Source: Candidatus Eiseniibacteriota bacterium (lineage in GTDB: Bacteria; Arandabacterota; Arandabacteria; Arandabacterales; Arandabacteraceae). Taken from it: a DNA stretch of 38,373 bases. Every line of letters begins with the position of its first letter. Positions within the stretch are counted from its first letter, which is position 1. The DNA lies in NCBI GenBank assembly GCA_043810925.1, contig JBDRNT010000067.1, forward strand, positions 1 to 38,373, written 5' to 3'. The position numbers and the translations under genes are program-made. Shown one piece after another: positions 28,831 through 38,373 of this stretch. Below the pieces are notes generated by a model. That model was not told the DNA's origin, searched no databases, and was given only the letters and a program-made list of their open reading frames with translations.

Positions 28831-29675
28831 GTGCGGCCACCTTCGCGGTTTCCACCCAGCCCGATCACTGTTTCAGAGACCGCAGCCGCTGAAAGCTCAC
28901 GCCACTCTGCCATCTTGGCTGTGATACCTGGAACACCATCCATCAGTTCACATGCGAGGCGCGCCATACCCGACAAGGGATGACCGTGCTCCTTAAGATA
29001 CTTGAGAAACTCCACCTTGTTCCCGTCGAAGCCGATAGTCCCATCCTTGAGGAAGACCACACGGTCACAAAGCCAGACATCCTCAAGCCTCATTGAGATG
29101 AATGCAAGTCCAGCACCTGTCTCTTCAAGCAGGCGATCCAGCACCCCTATGAGCTTCCTTCTTGATACAGAGTCGAGAAGCGAGGTTGACTCATCGAGGA
29201 TGATATAGTCCGGGCGCATCGCGTAAATCGACGCAACCGTCACTGTTTGCTTCTCGCCAGCCGAGAGGAGATTGCACGATCGCTTCCTCAGGTGCCCGAT
29301 CCCGAAAACATCGAGTGCTTGATCCACGCGCCGCCCGACTTCCGGGACATCGAGTCCGAGATTCCTGAGACCAAATCCCAGCTCCCGTTCAACCGTCGTC
29401 TCCACGATCTGATCGTCGGGATCCTGAAACACGATGCCGACTCTGCGGCGTATGTCATAGATGCGCTGCGGATTCGCAGTATCTGCGTCACCGACTCTTA
29501 CCACACCCGCAGTGGGTTTCAAGAGGCCGCACAGAAGCCGGGCAAGCGTGGTCTTGCCGCTGCCATTTTCCCCGACCAGGGCCAGGCTCGAGCCGCGCTC
29601 AAGCGAAAGCGTCATACCGCGTATCACTTCGGGACCGCCGGGATAACCGAATCGGAGATTCTGGACGTCAAGCAT
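28821..29675 (-). CDS. ECF transporter ATPase (EcfA1/CbiO-like), partly degenerate motifs
   Basis: GENGSGKTT, VFQDPDDQIV.TTVE.EL.FGLRN, LSAGEKQ, ILDESTSLLD; start at ATG 29675 (ORF-track extension overlaps the upstream gene). Confidence 0.88.
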   Translation of the reverse strand: MLDVQNLRFGYPGGPEVIRGMTLSLERGSSLALVGENGSGKTTLARLLCGLLKPTAGVVRVGDADTANPQRIYDIRRRVGIVFQDPDDQIVETTVERELGFGLRNLGLDVPEVGRRVDQALDVFGIGHLRKRSCNLLSAGEKQTVTVASIYAMRPDYIILDESTSLLDSVSRRKLIGVLDRLLEETGAGLAFISMRLEDVWLCDRVVFLKDGTIGFDGNKVEFLKYLKEHGHPLSGMARLACELMDGVPGITAKMAEWRELSAAAVSETVIGLGGNREGGRTCR

Positions 29676-29682
29676 GGAGCCG

Positions 29683-30453
29683 CTACCTGTGCTCGAGTCT
29701 ATCGAGGTGCATCCGGGCCTCATCCGACCAGACTGAATCCTGATCGAGCTCCATGTACCTCTGCCATGCCCGTCTGGCCTGTCTTCGCTTCCCGAGATCC
29801 TCAAGGGTGAGTGCCATAGCGTACTGGGCCTCCCTGTATTCCGGGTCGATCTCAAGAGCCCCTTCAAACGCCTCCAGGGCGTCGCCGGCCTTACCCGACT
29901 GACGGAGTGTCGCCCCAAGACTGTAATGGTAGGTCTTCTCAGAAGGATAGGTTTCAGCAAGCCGCGTCAGGATCGAGAGCGCCCTTTCGGGCTTTTCGAG
30001 CTTCCCATAGACCAGCGCGAGGTTATACCAGGCGTCGACGTGCGAGAAATCGGCCTCGACTGCGCTCTCAAGGTAACGCGAAGCTTCTTCGTATTGGCCT
30101 GTCCTGGCGAGCACCGTCCCGCGGTTATAGAGCATATTGGCATCCTGGATGACCTTCAGGTCCTCGAGCTCTCCCCGGTCGAAAGGTACGAGCAGCGTTC
30201 TGCCCGGCTCGAGCGGCGCGAGCGGATCGATCCCGTTATATTCACCAAGCGGTCCGCCGAGACCCCGGTCGCCGTAATACTTCTCGGCGATCGACTCGAG
30301 TGTTTCTCCCCTGGAGACAATATGGGTGTAGCCTTCCTTACCCACAACCATCTTAACACCCGGCTTCCGGCACGATGGCACGGCGAGAAGAAGGACTATT
30401 ATGAGGAATGCTATGAGTGCGGGGTCAATCCGTGAGCGAGTGCCGGAAGACAT
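29683..30453 (-). CDS. LysM + TPR lipoprotein
   Basis: Hydrophobic stretch and VPSC lipobox; LysM H.VSRGETLESIAEKYYG...N.I......PG..L.VP; 3-4 TPRs (AWYNLALVY, YHYSLG, AQYAMA). Confidence 0.85.
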   Translation of the reverse strand: MSSGTRSRIDPALIAFLIIVLLLAVPSCRKPGVKMVVGKEGYTHIVSRGETLESIAEKYYGDRGLGGPLGEYNGIDPLAPLEPGRTLLVPFDRGELEDLKVIQDANMLYNRGTVLARTGQYEEASRYLESAVEADFSHVDAWYNLALVYGKLEKPERALSILTRLAETYPSEKTYHYSLGATLRQSGKAGDALEAFEGALEIDPEYREAQYAMALTLEDLGKRRQARRAWQRYMELDQDSVWSDEARMHLDRLEHR

Positions 30454-31594
30454 TTCTGGTTTCCTCCATGACCTCATTTACAGGTACACCGCTCGCCCTT
30501 GCCACACGCAGACAGTCGTCGTATTCGGGTGCGCAGCGTCTCTCCGTGTCAAGTTTGAACACCTTGGCCTTGACCTTGCCATACCTGGTTTCCACCTCTA
30601 TCGACTCCCGGTCGAGTTTGATCCTCTCCACTTCCCTAAGCCTCACCCCCGATGTAGTGGTTCCGGAGAGTATGCAGTCTGCGAGCTCGGTTACATGCTG
30701 GCTTTCCGCAAGCACGCCCAGGAGAAAACCGGGTCGTCCTTTTTTCATAAGTATGTTTGTGACCCAGACATCAAGTGCACCGCGTGAGAAGAGATCGTCA
30801 TAGATGTGCGAGAAAAACTCCGGGTTCATGTCATCGATGTTGGTCTCGATGAGGGTCACCGTGTCAAACCTAAAGGCCCGGGTCTCGCCTATGATCAACC
30901 GCAACACATTGGGAACACCCTCAAGTTCACGTGAGCCCGCACCGTACCCGACATCGGTCACTGTCATCGACGGTATGGGCCCGAACTCAGAGGCACACGT
31001 TTTGAGTATGGCCGCACCGGTCGGTGTCGTGAGTTCCCCGGTAAGACCCCAACTCCTCACCGGGAGGCCCCTGGCGATCTCAAGCGTGGCCGGAGCAGGA
31101 ACGGGGAGCGTACCGTGCTGGCACTCGACCCGCCCGCTTCCTAAAGCAAGCGGTGAGGAGACCATCTTCTCGATTCCAAGCGCCTCGAACCCGATAAAAC
31201 TTCCCACGACATCGACTATGGAATCAACTGAACCGATCTCATGAAAGTGCACATCACTCTTCGGGACACCGTGAATACGCGACTCGGCTGCTGCAATTGC
31301 ATCGAAGGCCATAACCGATTTCGCCTTCACCCCGTCCGGCAGACCGCTTGACTCAACTATCTCGACTATGTGCTTAAAACTCCTCTGTACGGGGTCGGCC
31401 CGGTGGGTGAAAGAAAAGGACTTCGCCCGGACCGCACTTCGCATGACATCACCCACGACAACTTCGATGTCCTCTATCTTGAGGCTGGCGAGCCCGCTTG
31501 TGAGATCGGATTGCTTGAGCCCGACATCAAAGAGGCTTGCCAGGATCATGTCCCCGCTTGCCCCTGCAAAGCAGTCGAAGTAGCCGAGTTTCAC
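30425..31594 (-). CDS. larC: Nickel-pincer cofactor biosynthesis protein LarC (nickel insertase)
   Basis: YFDCFAGASGDM, AESRIHG, VHFHEIG.VDSIVD, HG.LPVPAPAT, ELTTPTGAA, IETNIDDMNPE, MKKGRPG, PEYDDC. Confidence 0.93.
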   Translation of the reverse strand: MKLGYFDCFAGASGDMILASLFDVGLKQSDLTSGLASLKIEDIEVVVGDVMRSAVRAKSFSFTHRADPVQRSFKHIVEIVESSGLPDGVKAKSVMAFDAIAAAESRIHGVPKSDVHFHEIGSVDSIVDVVGSFIGFEALGIEKMVSSPLALGSGRVECQHGTLPVPAPATLEIARGLPVRSWGLTGELTTPTGAAILKTCASEFGPIPSMTVTDVGYGAGSRELEGVPNVLRLIIGETRAFRFDTVTLIETNIDDMNPEFFSHIYDDLFSRGALDVWVTNILMKKGRPGFLLGVLAESQHVTELADCILSGTTTSGVRLREVERIKLDRESIEVETRYGKVKAKVFKLDTERRCAPEYDDCLRVARASGVPVNEVMEETRNVFRHSLTD

Positions 31595-31598
31595 CCCG

Positions 31599-32345
31599 TC
31601 AGCTCCCCTTTGAATTGATCAGACTTGCCGCCACACCGGCACCGAAGCCGTTATCGATGTTGACGACGGTCACCCCGGGGGCACAGGAATTGAGCATCGT
31701 GAGCAGCGATGCCAGACCATTGAAGCTCGCCCCATAACCCACGCTCGTGGGGACGCCTATGATCGGACCACCGACAAGACCACCCACCACGCTCGCAAGA
31801 GCCCCTTCCATGCCTGCAACCACGATGATCACATTGGCTTCCTCCAGTACATCCAGGTGGCCGAAGAGCCGGTGGATACCCGCCACACCAACGTCAAAGA
31901 GCCGCTCGACACGGTTTCCGAGGAACTCGGCAGTTACCGCAGCTTCTTCCGCGACCGGGATATCCGAGGTCCCGGCGCTGACTACTGCGATCTTCCGTTT
32001 TGAGAGTTTCCTGTGGGGAGCGACGACTATCGTTCTGGCGGTCTCATTATAAACGGCCCCGGAAATTGCCTTATTGACGCGTTTGTAAGCCTCCTGGTCC
32101 GCCCTCGTGGCAAGCAGTCTCTTGTTCCGCTTGAATATCGTCTTGGCAATCGATGCGATCTGCTCGTAGGTCTTGCCCTCACACAGCAGGACCTCCATCA
32201 CGCCGGTCCTCGCCTTCCTCCCCACATCAACCCGTGCGAACCCGAGTGATTCATAGGAGGTCGAGAGTTTCCCGATCGCCATCTCCATGCTTATCTTACC
32301 GTCCTTGACATCGGCCAGAATTCGTTTGACCGCCTTCCTCTCCAT
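31599..32345 (-). CDS. larB: Nickel-pincer cofactor biosynthesis protein LarB (NaAD carboxylase/hydrolase)
   Basis: SAGTSDIPVAEEA, DVGVAGIHRL, VAGMEGALASVVGGL, VPTSVGYGA, MLNSCAPGV.VVNIDNGFGA; ATG 32345 with GAGGA. Confidence 0.95.
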   Translation of the reverse strand: MERKAVKRILADVKDGKISMEMAIGKLSTSYESLGFARVDVGRKARTGVMEVLLCEGKTYEQIASIAKTIFKRNKRLLATRADQEAYKRVNKAISGAVYNETARTIVVAPHRKLSKRKIAVVSAGTSDIPVAEEAAVTAEFLGNRVERLFDVGVAGIHRLFGHLDVLEEANVIIVVAGMEGALASVVGGLVGGPIIGVPTSVGYGASFNGLASLLTMLNSCAPGVTVVNIDNGFGAGVAASLINSKGS

Positions 32346-32353
32346 AGCTGTCC

Positions 32354-33316
32354 TCACTCCACCGTGCCAGGAAAGACCCGGTCCAGTAGGCCTGAAACCT
32401 CCGCCCTCGTTGACACCGTCGACATTGACGGTCTCAATGCTACCACACGGGGTATGCCCCGTGTATACCACAAAAGATGCTTTCTGAACCTCACGGTCGC
32501 AACCCTCTCGCCGAATTCTGCTATCCCGAGATCGAGGTGCCCGAGTACGGTCCGGACGATCTCACTTGGGCCGGGTCCGGCATGCGGCCTACCATCAAGG
32601 TGGTCCAGGATCTCCCGGAATATCCATGGGCGCCCGTACGTCCCGCGTCCCACCATCACGGCGTCGCACCCGGTCTCATCAAACGCCCGCTCGGCGTCTT
32701 CAGGGGTCGCGACATCGCCGCTTAAGACCACGGGTATGCCGACACCCTGTTTGACCCGGGCTACTTCATCCCACGATGATCTGCCTGCGAAACCCTGTCT
32801 GAATGTGCGGCCATGGACGCTCAGCGCCGTAACACCGCTATCCTCAAGCACCCGGGCTACCTCCAGGACGTTTATGCTTGTTTCGTCCCATCCGATCCTG
32901 AGTTTGGCTGTTACGGGAAGACCCGTCGCCCCCACAACTGCAGCAGCGATCTCACCCGCCTTTTCCGGTTCGCGCATGAGTGCGCAACCCGCACCTCGCT
33001 TGACTATCTTCCTTGAAGGACAGGCCATATTGATGTCGATGAGATCGGGCTTGACCTCTTCCACCATGGCAGCCGCCTCGGCCATACGCTTAGGGTCCTT
33101 CCCGAAGATCTGAACACCTATGGGCCGCTCCTCATGATGAAACCGCAGATAATCGATGCTTCTCGGCTGAGCCCGCGCGAGTCCTTCGGAGCTCACCATT
33201 TCACTATAGACGGCATCCGCACCGAATCTCTTGCATATGCGTCTGTAAGGCGAGTCCGCCACACCGCTCAGGGGAGCAAGGAAGATCCTACCCAATTCAA
33301 GTGATTTCAACTTCAT
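32354..33316 (-). CDS. dusB: tRNA-dihydrouridine synthase (DusB-like)
   Basis: [29 protein letters not shown]...V...GAG.ALM, KLRIGWD, VHGRT, VMVGRG..GRPWIF; ATGA overlap with upstream stop. Confidence 0.9.
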   Translation of the reverse strand: MKLKSLELGRIFLAPLSGVADSPYRRICKRFGADAVYSEMVSSEGLARAQPRSIDYLRFHHEERPIGVQIFGKDPKRMAEAAAMVEEVKPDLIDINMACPSRKIVKRGAGCALMREPEKAGEIAAAVVGATGLPVTAKLRIGWDETSINVLEVARVLEDSGVTALSVHGRTFRQGFAGRSSWDEVARVKQGVGIPVVLSGDVATPEDAERAFDETGCDAVMVGRGTYGRPWIFREILDHLDGRPHAGPGPSEIVRTVLGHLDLGIAEFGERVATVRFRKHLLWYTRGIPRVVALRPSMSTVSTRAEVSGLLDRVFPGTVE

Positions 33317-33981
33317 TGGCGCGATTCGAGGGAACTGCCTATGTCCGACGACCTTATCCGATCCGCCACGTCGCCCAGGGTCTCGAAGACGAAATGCGCT
33401 ATGTTGTTCGCCTCGCAGTAGATCTTGAGATCCCGCTTTGCAAAGACCACATCGGTCTTCGAGGCCGCACACGTGTCCGAGAGCCCGTCTCCCACGTAAA
33501 TCGTGAGCATGTCACCCGACTTGACACGCTCGACATGGCCGGACTTGCAGTTGGCGCAGCTCCCACAGGCCTCGTTGTAGTGAGGAAAGCTCAGGACCCT
33601 CTGTCCGCCTGCGACCTCAAGCTTGTTTGAGAAGAAATCGACCTGGACGCCGTGGGCTGCCAGGAAGGGCTCGATATAGAAATCGAGCCCGTCGCTCACG
33701 ACGACTACGTCTATCCCGCGTTGCCTGCACTCCTCCTCAAGCAGGGTGAAGCCCTCGTCAATCGGCTGGTTTCGGGCAAACTCGCGGAGGCGCTCGACGT
33801 CTCCCTTATATGCGTCGAGCTCGCGCTTCAGGCAGTCACGGGAGCTGATCAGGCCCTTCTTCCATTCCCTGACGGCAGCAGGTGCATCGCTGCCGGCGAA
33901 TTTCGTAAAGAAGGTATTCGAGATATCGACAGGCGATATCGTCCCGTCGAAATCTATGAAGAGCGTTGCCCGGGGCATCAC
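33313..33981 (-). CDS. MtnX-like HAD-IB phosphatase
   Basis: [33 protein letters not shown]. Confidence 0.88.
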   Translation of the reverse strand: MMPRATLFIDFDGTISPVDISNTFFTKFAGSDAPAAVREWKKGLISSRDCLKRELDAYKGDVERLREFARNQPIDEGFTLLEEECRQRGIDVVVVSDGLDFYIEPFLAAHGVQVDFFSNKLEVAGGQRVLSFPHYNEACGSCANCKSGHVERVKSGDMLTIYVGDGLSDTCAASKTDVVFAKRDLKIYCEANNIAHFVFETLGDVADRIRSSDIGSSLESRQ

Positions 33982-35537
33982 TCAGTAACTTTGGAAAACT
34001 GCGCCGCCGATGCGAAGAGATCTGAGAGTGTGCCGACCTTGCTGATGATATCAACGGTCTTCTTAAGCTGGCTGTCTCCCTCGAGCGATATCGTGTACGC
34101 TGCGTGGTTCCCCCAGACCTTCCTGGCAACCTCCGACCTCAGCATCACACCGATGAATTCCTCGCCCTCGGCGAACTCCTTCTCCGTGTACTCGAACTCC
34201 TTCTCCGCGAGGAACTCCTTGAAGTTCTCAAAGAGGGCGGGGCCTTCGCCGAAGTCCTCGCGTATGTCGGTGTGGTCCGCAACATAGTGCACCGCGAACT
34301 CAAACACCAGACCCTTGCGGGCAAGCCTGCTGGCCATCTTCGGCATATCTTCAGGCTCGATCTCGATATCCGGACGGATACCGCCGCCACCGTACACGGC
34401 CCTTCCACCCGCTGTGTAATAGGTGCGGGAGGAATCCGGCATTTCGTCTTCCGGCAGCACAATCGCCGATTCATCGTTTGGATCGTCTTCCTTGTTTATG
34501 TTTCTCCCGCTTGGAGTGTAGTACTTCGCGGTGGTCAGTTTGAGAGCGCCGCCACCCGCGAGCCGCATCACACTCTGCACCGTGCCTTTCCCGAAGGTCG
34601 GCAGGCCGACAACGAGGCCCCTGTCAAGATCCTGTATCGCACCGGCAACGATCTCCGAAGCGCTTGCGCTCTGGTTGTCGACGAGGACTATCAACGGATA
34701 ATCGCCGCCCACGGCCCGTGAGCCTGCGTTGTACTCGCGATTCTGTTCCGGGCGCCGGCCCTTGGTCGATACCACGGTCTGACCCGGTTCGAGAAAGTGC
34801 TCGCTGACCTCGATAGCCTGGGTGAGAAGACCACCCGTGTTCCTGCGCAGATCGATAATCAGCTTCTGCATGCCATCCTGCTTGAGTTCCCTGATCGCCC
34901 GCCTGAGTTCATCAGCCGTGTCATCCGAGAACCCGGCGAGTCTCACGTAACCGAGCTCGTCATTCAGCATCGATGAGAACGGGACACTCTTTATTTTTAT
35001 GTTGTCGCGGACGATCGTGTAATCGAGAAGCTCCGTCTCGCCCTCACGCTGGATCGTAATCGTGACCTCGGTTCCCTTCTTCCCTCTGAGCTTCTGCACC
35101 GCTTCGGTCATGGTGATCCCGCGCGTCGAGTTGTCTTCTATCTTGACGATCCTGTCACCGCCCTGTAAGCCCATTCTGTGTGCGGGAGTCCCCTCGATCG
35201 GGGCAATCACGGTAAGCCAGTCATTCCGGATATCTATCTCGATACCCAACCCCCCGAAACTGCCGTGTGTGCTCACCATAAGATCGTCATACTGCTTCTT
35301 AGAGAGGAATTGACTGTGCGGATCAAGGGTGCCGAGCATGCCGTTTATGGCGCCCTCGAACAGTTTGTCGAGATCCGTTCTTGTGACGTACTCCGACCTG
35401 ACCTTCTTCATCACCTCATCGAAGAGCATCACGCTCTCAATCGCGTTCGATGATCTCGCCAGGACCAGACTTGCGATACCGACGGTGATTATGGCCGCAG
35501 TGATAATGAGTACTCTCGAGCCCTTGCTCCTTAGCAT
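33978..35537 (-). CDS. C-terminal processing peptidase (S41A, CtpA/Prc-like)
   Basis: [64 protein letters not shown]. Confidence 0.93.
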   Translation of the reverse strand: MLRSKGSRVLIITAAIITVGIASLVLARSSNAIESVMLFDEVMKKVRSEYVTRTDLDKLFEGAINGMLGTLDPHSQFLSKKQYDDLMVSTHGSFGGLGIEIDIRNDWLTVIAPIEGTPAHRMGLQGGDRIVKIEDNSTRGITMTEAVQKLRGKKGTEVTITIQREGETELLDYTIVRDNIKIKSVPFSSMLNDELGYVRLAGFSDDTADELRRAIRELKQDGMQKLIIDLRRNTGGLLTQAIEVSEHFLEPGQTVVSTKGRRPEQNREYNAGSRAVGGDYPLIVLVDNQSASASEIVAGAIQDLDRGLVVGLPTFGKGTVQSVMRLAGGGALKLTTAKYYTPSGRNINKEDDPNDESAIVLPEDEMPDSSRTYYTAGGRAVYGGGGIRPDIEIEPEDMPKMASRLARKGLVFEFAVHYVADHTDIREDFGEGPALFENFKEFLAEKEFEYTEKEFAEGEEFIGVMLRSEVARKVWGNHAAYTISLEGDSQLKKTVDIISKVGTLSDLFASAAQFSKVTE

Positions 35538-35542
35538 CGCGT

Positions 35543-36175
35543 TTACCTCGCTTTCTTCAGGGGAAGCAGGTCTTCAACTATCGTTTTGACCTTGGCAAAT
35601 ATCTCCTCGGGCGGTCCGGAGGCATCAACTACCTTGACCCTCTCGGGCTCGGCCTTCGCTATCTCAAGATATCCCTTTCTAACCTTCTCGTGAAAAGCAG
35701 TCGTCTCTCCCTCGATCCTGTCGAGATTCTGTCCGAGTCTCTTGAGCCCGACGCTGACGGGCAGATCGAGTACAATAGTAAGATCGGGCTTTTTACCGGC
35801 CGTGGCAACTAGATTCAAATCGGCAACGGTCGGCGCGCCGATACCTCTCGCATACCCCTGGTATGCAGTCGAGGCATCGTAAAACCGGTCACATAGGACG
35901 GCCTTGCCCGCCTTCAGGGCCGGTCCGATCACCTCTTCGACATGCTGCGTCCTGCTGGCCTCGTAGAGGAAGAGCTCGGTGAGGGGCTCCATTGCAGCAT
36001 TGGCCGTGTCGAGCAGGATATGCCTTATCTTCTCACCTATGGGCGAACCACCGGGCTCTCTGGTAAGCAGAACCTCAAAGCCGCTCGCCGTAAGCAGATC
36101 CTTCAGGAGCTCGACCTGGGTTGTCTTGCCGCTCCCTTCTATACCTTCCAGCGTAATGAATATTCCGGTTCCCAC
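35543..36175 (-). CDS. tmk: Thymidylate kinase
   Basis: FITLEGIEGSGKTTQ, TREPGG, LCDRF..ST.AYQG..RG, PDLT..LD, DRIE; GTG start chosen at 36175. Confidence 0.95.
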   Translation of the reverse strand: MGTGIFITLEGIEGSGKTTQVELLKDLLTASGFEVLLTREPGGSPIGEKIRHILLDTANAAMEPLTELFLYEASRTQHVEEVIGPALKAGKAVLCDRFYDASTAYQGYARGIGAPTVADLNLVATAGKKPDLTIVLDLPVSVGLKRLGQNLDRIEGETTAFHEKVRKGYLEIAKAEPERVKVVDASGPPEEIFAKVKTIVEDLLPLKKAR

Positions 36176-36304
36176 CCTGAATCTAACCCCCGAATCCCGT
36201 TGCGGTTCCCCTCCAGCCCGGCTCACGTACAAGTCCTCTGCTGCGGCTTCGCATCTGCCGGCGCCGGCTGAAAAAGACCGAGGCTCCGGTTACCTTGTGC
36301 TATC

Positions 36305-36333
36305 ATTCTAATCGGTAACGGAGCCCGCTTCAA
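36305..36333 (-). promoter_or_regulatory. Candidate sigma70 promoter of the tmk-to-ecfA operon
   Basis: TTGAAG-17bp-TAGAAT. Confidence 0.6.
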
Positions 36334-36393
36334 GAAGCAATAATTCGGTACCAGCTTACAAATTATCAAGTCACCCCGAGAAAAGCCCGGTCG

Positions 36394-37548
36394 TTACCTC
36401 CTTGTGGTTCTCTTCTTAGTAGCTCTTTTCTTCGGCTTCCCGGCGGTCTTCTTGCGTGCCGTCTTCTTCTTCGGCCTGCCGCATTTGACGATGAAGTCTT
36501 CAACCAGCTGCCTTGCCTCGTTGTCGGTGAACTGCTTTGGCGGTGACTTCATGAAGTAGGAGCTCGGGGCCTCCAGCGCTCCCGAGATTCCGGCATCCAG
36601 GGCGAGCTTGCAGCACCTTATCGCATCGATCATCACGCCGGCGGAGTTGGGTGAATCCCATACCTCGAGCTTCAATTCCACATTCAGAGGCACGTTACCG
36701 AAGGTTGTGCCTTCAAGCCTTATGTATGCCCACTTCCGGTCGCTGAGCCACGCGACATAGTCGCTCGGGCCGATGTGAACATTGCCCTCACCGATATCAT
36801 AGTCCAGCTGCGATGTGACGGCATTGGTCTTTGAGATCTTCTTGGATTCGAGCCTTGCCCGTTCGAGCATGTTGAAGAAGTCCGTGTTGCCTCCAACGTT
36901 GAGCTGGCTCGTCCTTTCAAGCTTCACACCCCGATCCCGGAAGAGACGGGTCAAGATCCTGTGTATGATTGTGGCTCCGACCTGGCTCTTGATGTCGTCC
37001 CCTATTACAGGCAGCCCCTTGGCTATGAAGCGCTCCTGCCAGTATTCCTCGCGGGCTATGAAGACAGGGATGCCGTTCACGAAACCGCAACCGGCTTCGA
37101 GAATCTGCTCGACATACCACTTGGTCGCCTCTTCACTGCCGACGGGTAGAAAACTGACGACCACATCCACCCCGTTGTCCTTCAGGAGCTTGACGATATT
37201 GTGGGTTTTCCCGGGAGCCTTCCTTATTATCTTCGACAGATAGATGCCCAACCCGTCATGGGTCATGCCTCTCGCCACTTTGACCCCGGTCTTCGGCACA
37301 TTGCAGAATCTGTAGGTGTTATTCGGTCGCGTGTAGATGGCCTCCGAGAGGTCTTTGCCCACCTTGTTGGCGTCAATGTCTATCGCGGCAGCGAATTCGA
37401 TGTCGCCTATGTGGTATCCGCCGAGATTGGTGTGCATGATACCGGGTACGATCTCACCCTCTTTGGCGTTCTTGTAGAAATGCACACCCTGCACCAGGGA
37501 GGATGCACAGTTTCCGACACCGATAATTGCTGCTCTTACCTTTGCCAT
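36394..37548 (-). CDS. ino1: myo-Inositol-1-phosphate synthase with basic C-terminal tail
   Basis: [74 protein letters not shown] 37548 with GGAGG. Confidence 0.95.
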   Translation of the reverse strand: MAKVRAAIIGVGNCASSLVQGVHFYKNAKEGEIVPGIMHTNLGGYHIGDIEFAAAIDIDANKVGKDLSEAIYTRPNNTYRFCNVPKTGVKVARGMTHDGLGIYLSKIIRKAPGKTHNIVKLLKDNGVDVVVSFLPVGSEEATKWYVEQILEAGCGFVNGIPVFIAREEYWQERFIAKGLPVIGDDIKSQVGATIIHRILTRLFRDRGVKLERTSQLNVGGNTDFFNMLERARLESKKISKTNAVTSQLDYDIGEGNVHIGPSDYVAWLSDRKWAYIRLEGTTFGNVPLNVELKLEVWDSPNSAGVMIDAIRCCKLALDAGISGALEAPSSYFMKSPPKQFTDNEARQLVEDFIVKCGRPKKKTARKKTAGKPKKRATKKRTTRR

Positions 37549-37579
37549 TTCAGACCTCCCGTCTTGATCTCCGCTTGTG

Positions 37580-38164
37580 TCACCTGGATGCACCCGTCAG
37601 CGCCTTAACCCGAAGGAGCCTCTGCAGGGCCGTTATGTTCGCAAGTACTGCGACTATCCAAATCGCCCATCTCAGGTAGGCCATACCGAGCAGGGCTCCT
37701 ATAAGGATGATCACCATCCTCTCGGGACGTTGAAGCATCCCCACTTCACACTCGACGCCGAGCCCTTCGGCGCGAGCTTTCACATAACTTACCATCAATG
37801 AGCCGGCCAATGCAAGTATGACGCCGTAGAGGCTCACGGACCCCCTGTAGAGGACCGCAAGCCCTATGAATATGACAGTCTCAGCGTATCTATCAACCGT
37901 GGAATCAAGCATGGCCCCGAACTTGGTCTGCCTGTCGCCGATCCTGGCCACGACCCCGTCCAGCATATCGAACACGCCCGAAACCGCAATGAAGATGCCA
38001 CCGAGTCTGACCATTCCTTTAGCGAAGGCAAAACCCGACGCCACGGCGGGGATGAACCCAAGCATGGTGATCACATTGGGATCGACCCGGCCCGACGACA
38101 GCACCCTCGCCAGAGGGGCCAGTATACCCTTGCATTTCAATCTTATACTGAGGGGAATCAGCAA
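37580..38164 (-). CDS. CDP-alcohol phosphatidyltransferase, phosphatidylinositol-phosphate synthase-like
   Basis: PN.IT, signature DMLDGVVAR......[32 protein letters not shown]; directly upstream of ino1. Confidence 0.88.
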   Translation of the reverse strand: MLIPLSIRLKCKGILAPLARVLSSGRVDPNVITMLGFIPAVASGFAFAKGMVRLGGIFIAVSGVFDMLDGVVARIGDRQTKFGAMLDSTVDRYAETVIFIGLAVLYRGSVSLYGVILALAGSLMVSYVKARAEGLGVECEVGMLQRPERMVIILIGALLGMAYLRWAIWIVAVLANITALQRLLRVKALTGASR

Positions 38165-38200
38165 GTACTCCTCCCCATTCTTGCCCGTTATGGACGCAAG

Positions 38201-38229
38201 ATGTTAGCAACCACCCCAATCCCTGTCAA
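38201..38229 (-). promoter_or_regulatory. sigma70 promoter of the phosphatidyltransferase-ino1 operon
   Basis: TTGACA-17bp-TAACAT with extended TG. Confidence 0.75.
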
Positions 38230-38257
38230 GAAGCCTTTTCCATCGGGGTTTCCCATC

Positions 38258-38358
38258 GGGGTCAGAGCTAAAAAAGTCGCAGAAGTTGGGGTCAGAGCTA
38301 AAAAGCAGACATATTTGGGTGTGACCCCACCTTATGCGACTTTTTTAGCTCTGACCCC
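38258..38358. repeat. REP/REPIN-like cluster of GGGGTCAGAGCTAAA repeats forming a long hairpin
   Basis: Direct copies at 38258-38272 and 38288-38302, inverted copy at 38344-38358; 38258-38281 and 38335-38358 form a perfect 24-bp inverted repeat extending to ~37 bp with 2 mismatches. Confidence 0.8.
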
Positions 38359-38373
38359 CGCAAATGCAGCTTT

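Noticed and set aside
38258-38358. CRISPR array
   Set aside because: Repeats are only ~15 bp, occur in both orientations, have a ~15-bp spacer, and no cas genes are present

Overview
GC-rich bacterial chromosomal segment, probably a whole contig, since both ends stop in copies of the same GGGGTCAGAGCTAAA palindromic repeat. The FlgD-Ig-type and 'TWxxIK' C-termini and a PorW/SprE-like TPR lipoprotein suggest an FCB-related candidate lineage such as Eisenbacteria, Krumholzibacteriota or Latescibacterota (inference). In order the window holds: an output-less six-PAS protein; a fused FAD/4Fe-4S/CCG oxidoreductase with a Met/Pro-rich tail; a structured ~670 bp intergenic region; tldD-pmbA; a PyrR-attenuated pyr operon (pyrR-B-C-[LUD]-[TPR]-K-D-F-E-DUF2284-M50) with two unrelated genes where carAB usually sit; an accessory block (DUF4846, esterase, GNAT, C_GCAxxG_C_C protein, alkA-like, ogt, secreted LVIVD and PD40 propeller proteins); a tmk-ctpA-mtnX-dusB-larB-larC-LysM/TPR-ecfA-ecfA operon; and a CDP-alcohol phosphatidyltransferase/ino1 pair. 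The best hidden signal is an in-frame UGA at the conserved Cys position of the C_GCAxxG_C_C gene followed by a SECIS-like hairpin, i.e. a probable selenoprotein truncated in the ORF track. Other leads are the co-occurring secretion-type C-terminal tags with a PorW-like protein, two unexplained structured RNA candidates, and inositol-phospholipid genes. All calls come from reading motifs by eye; no searches were run.
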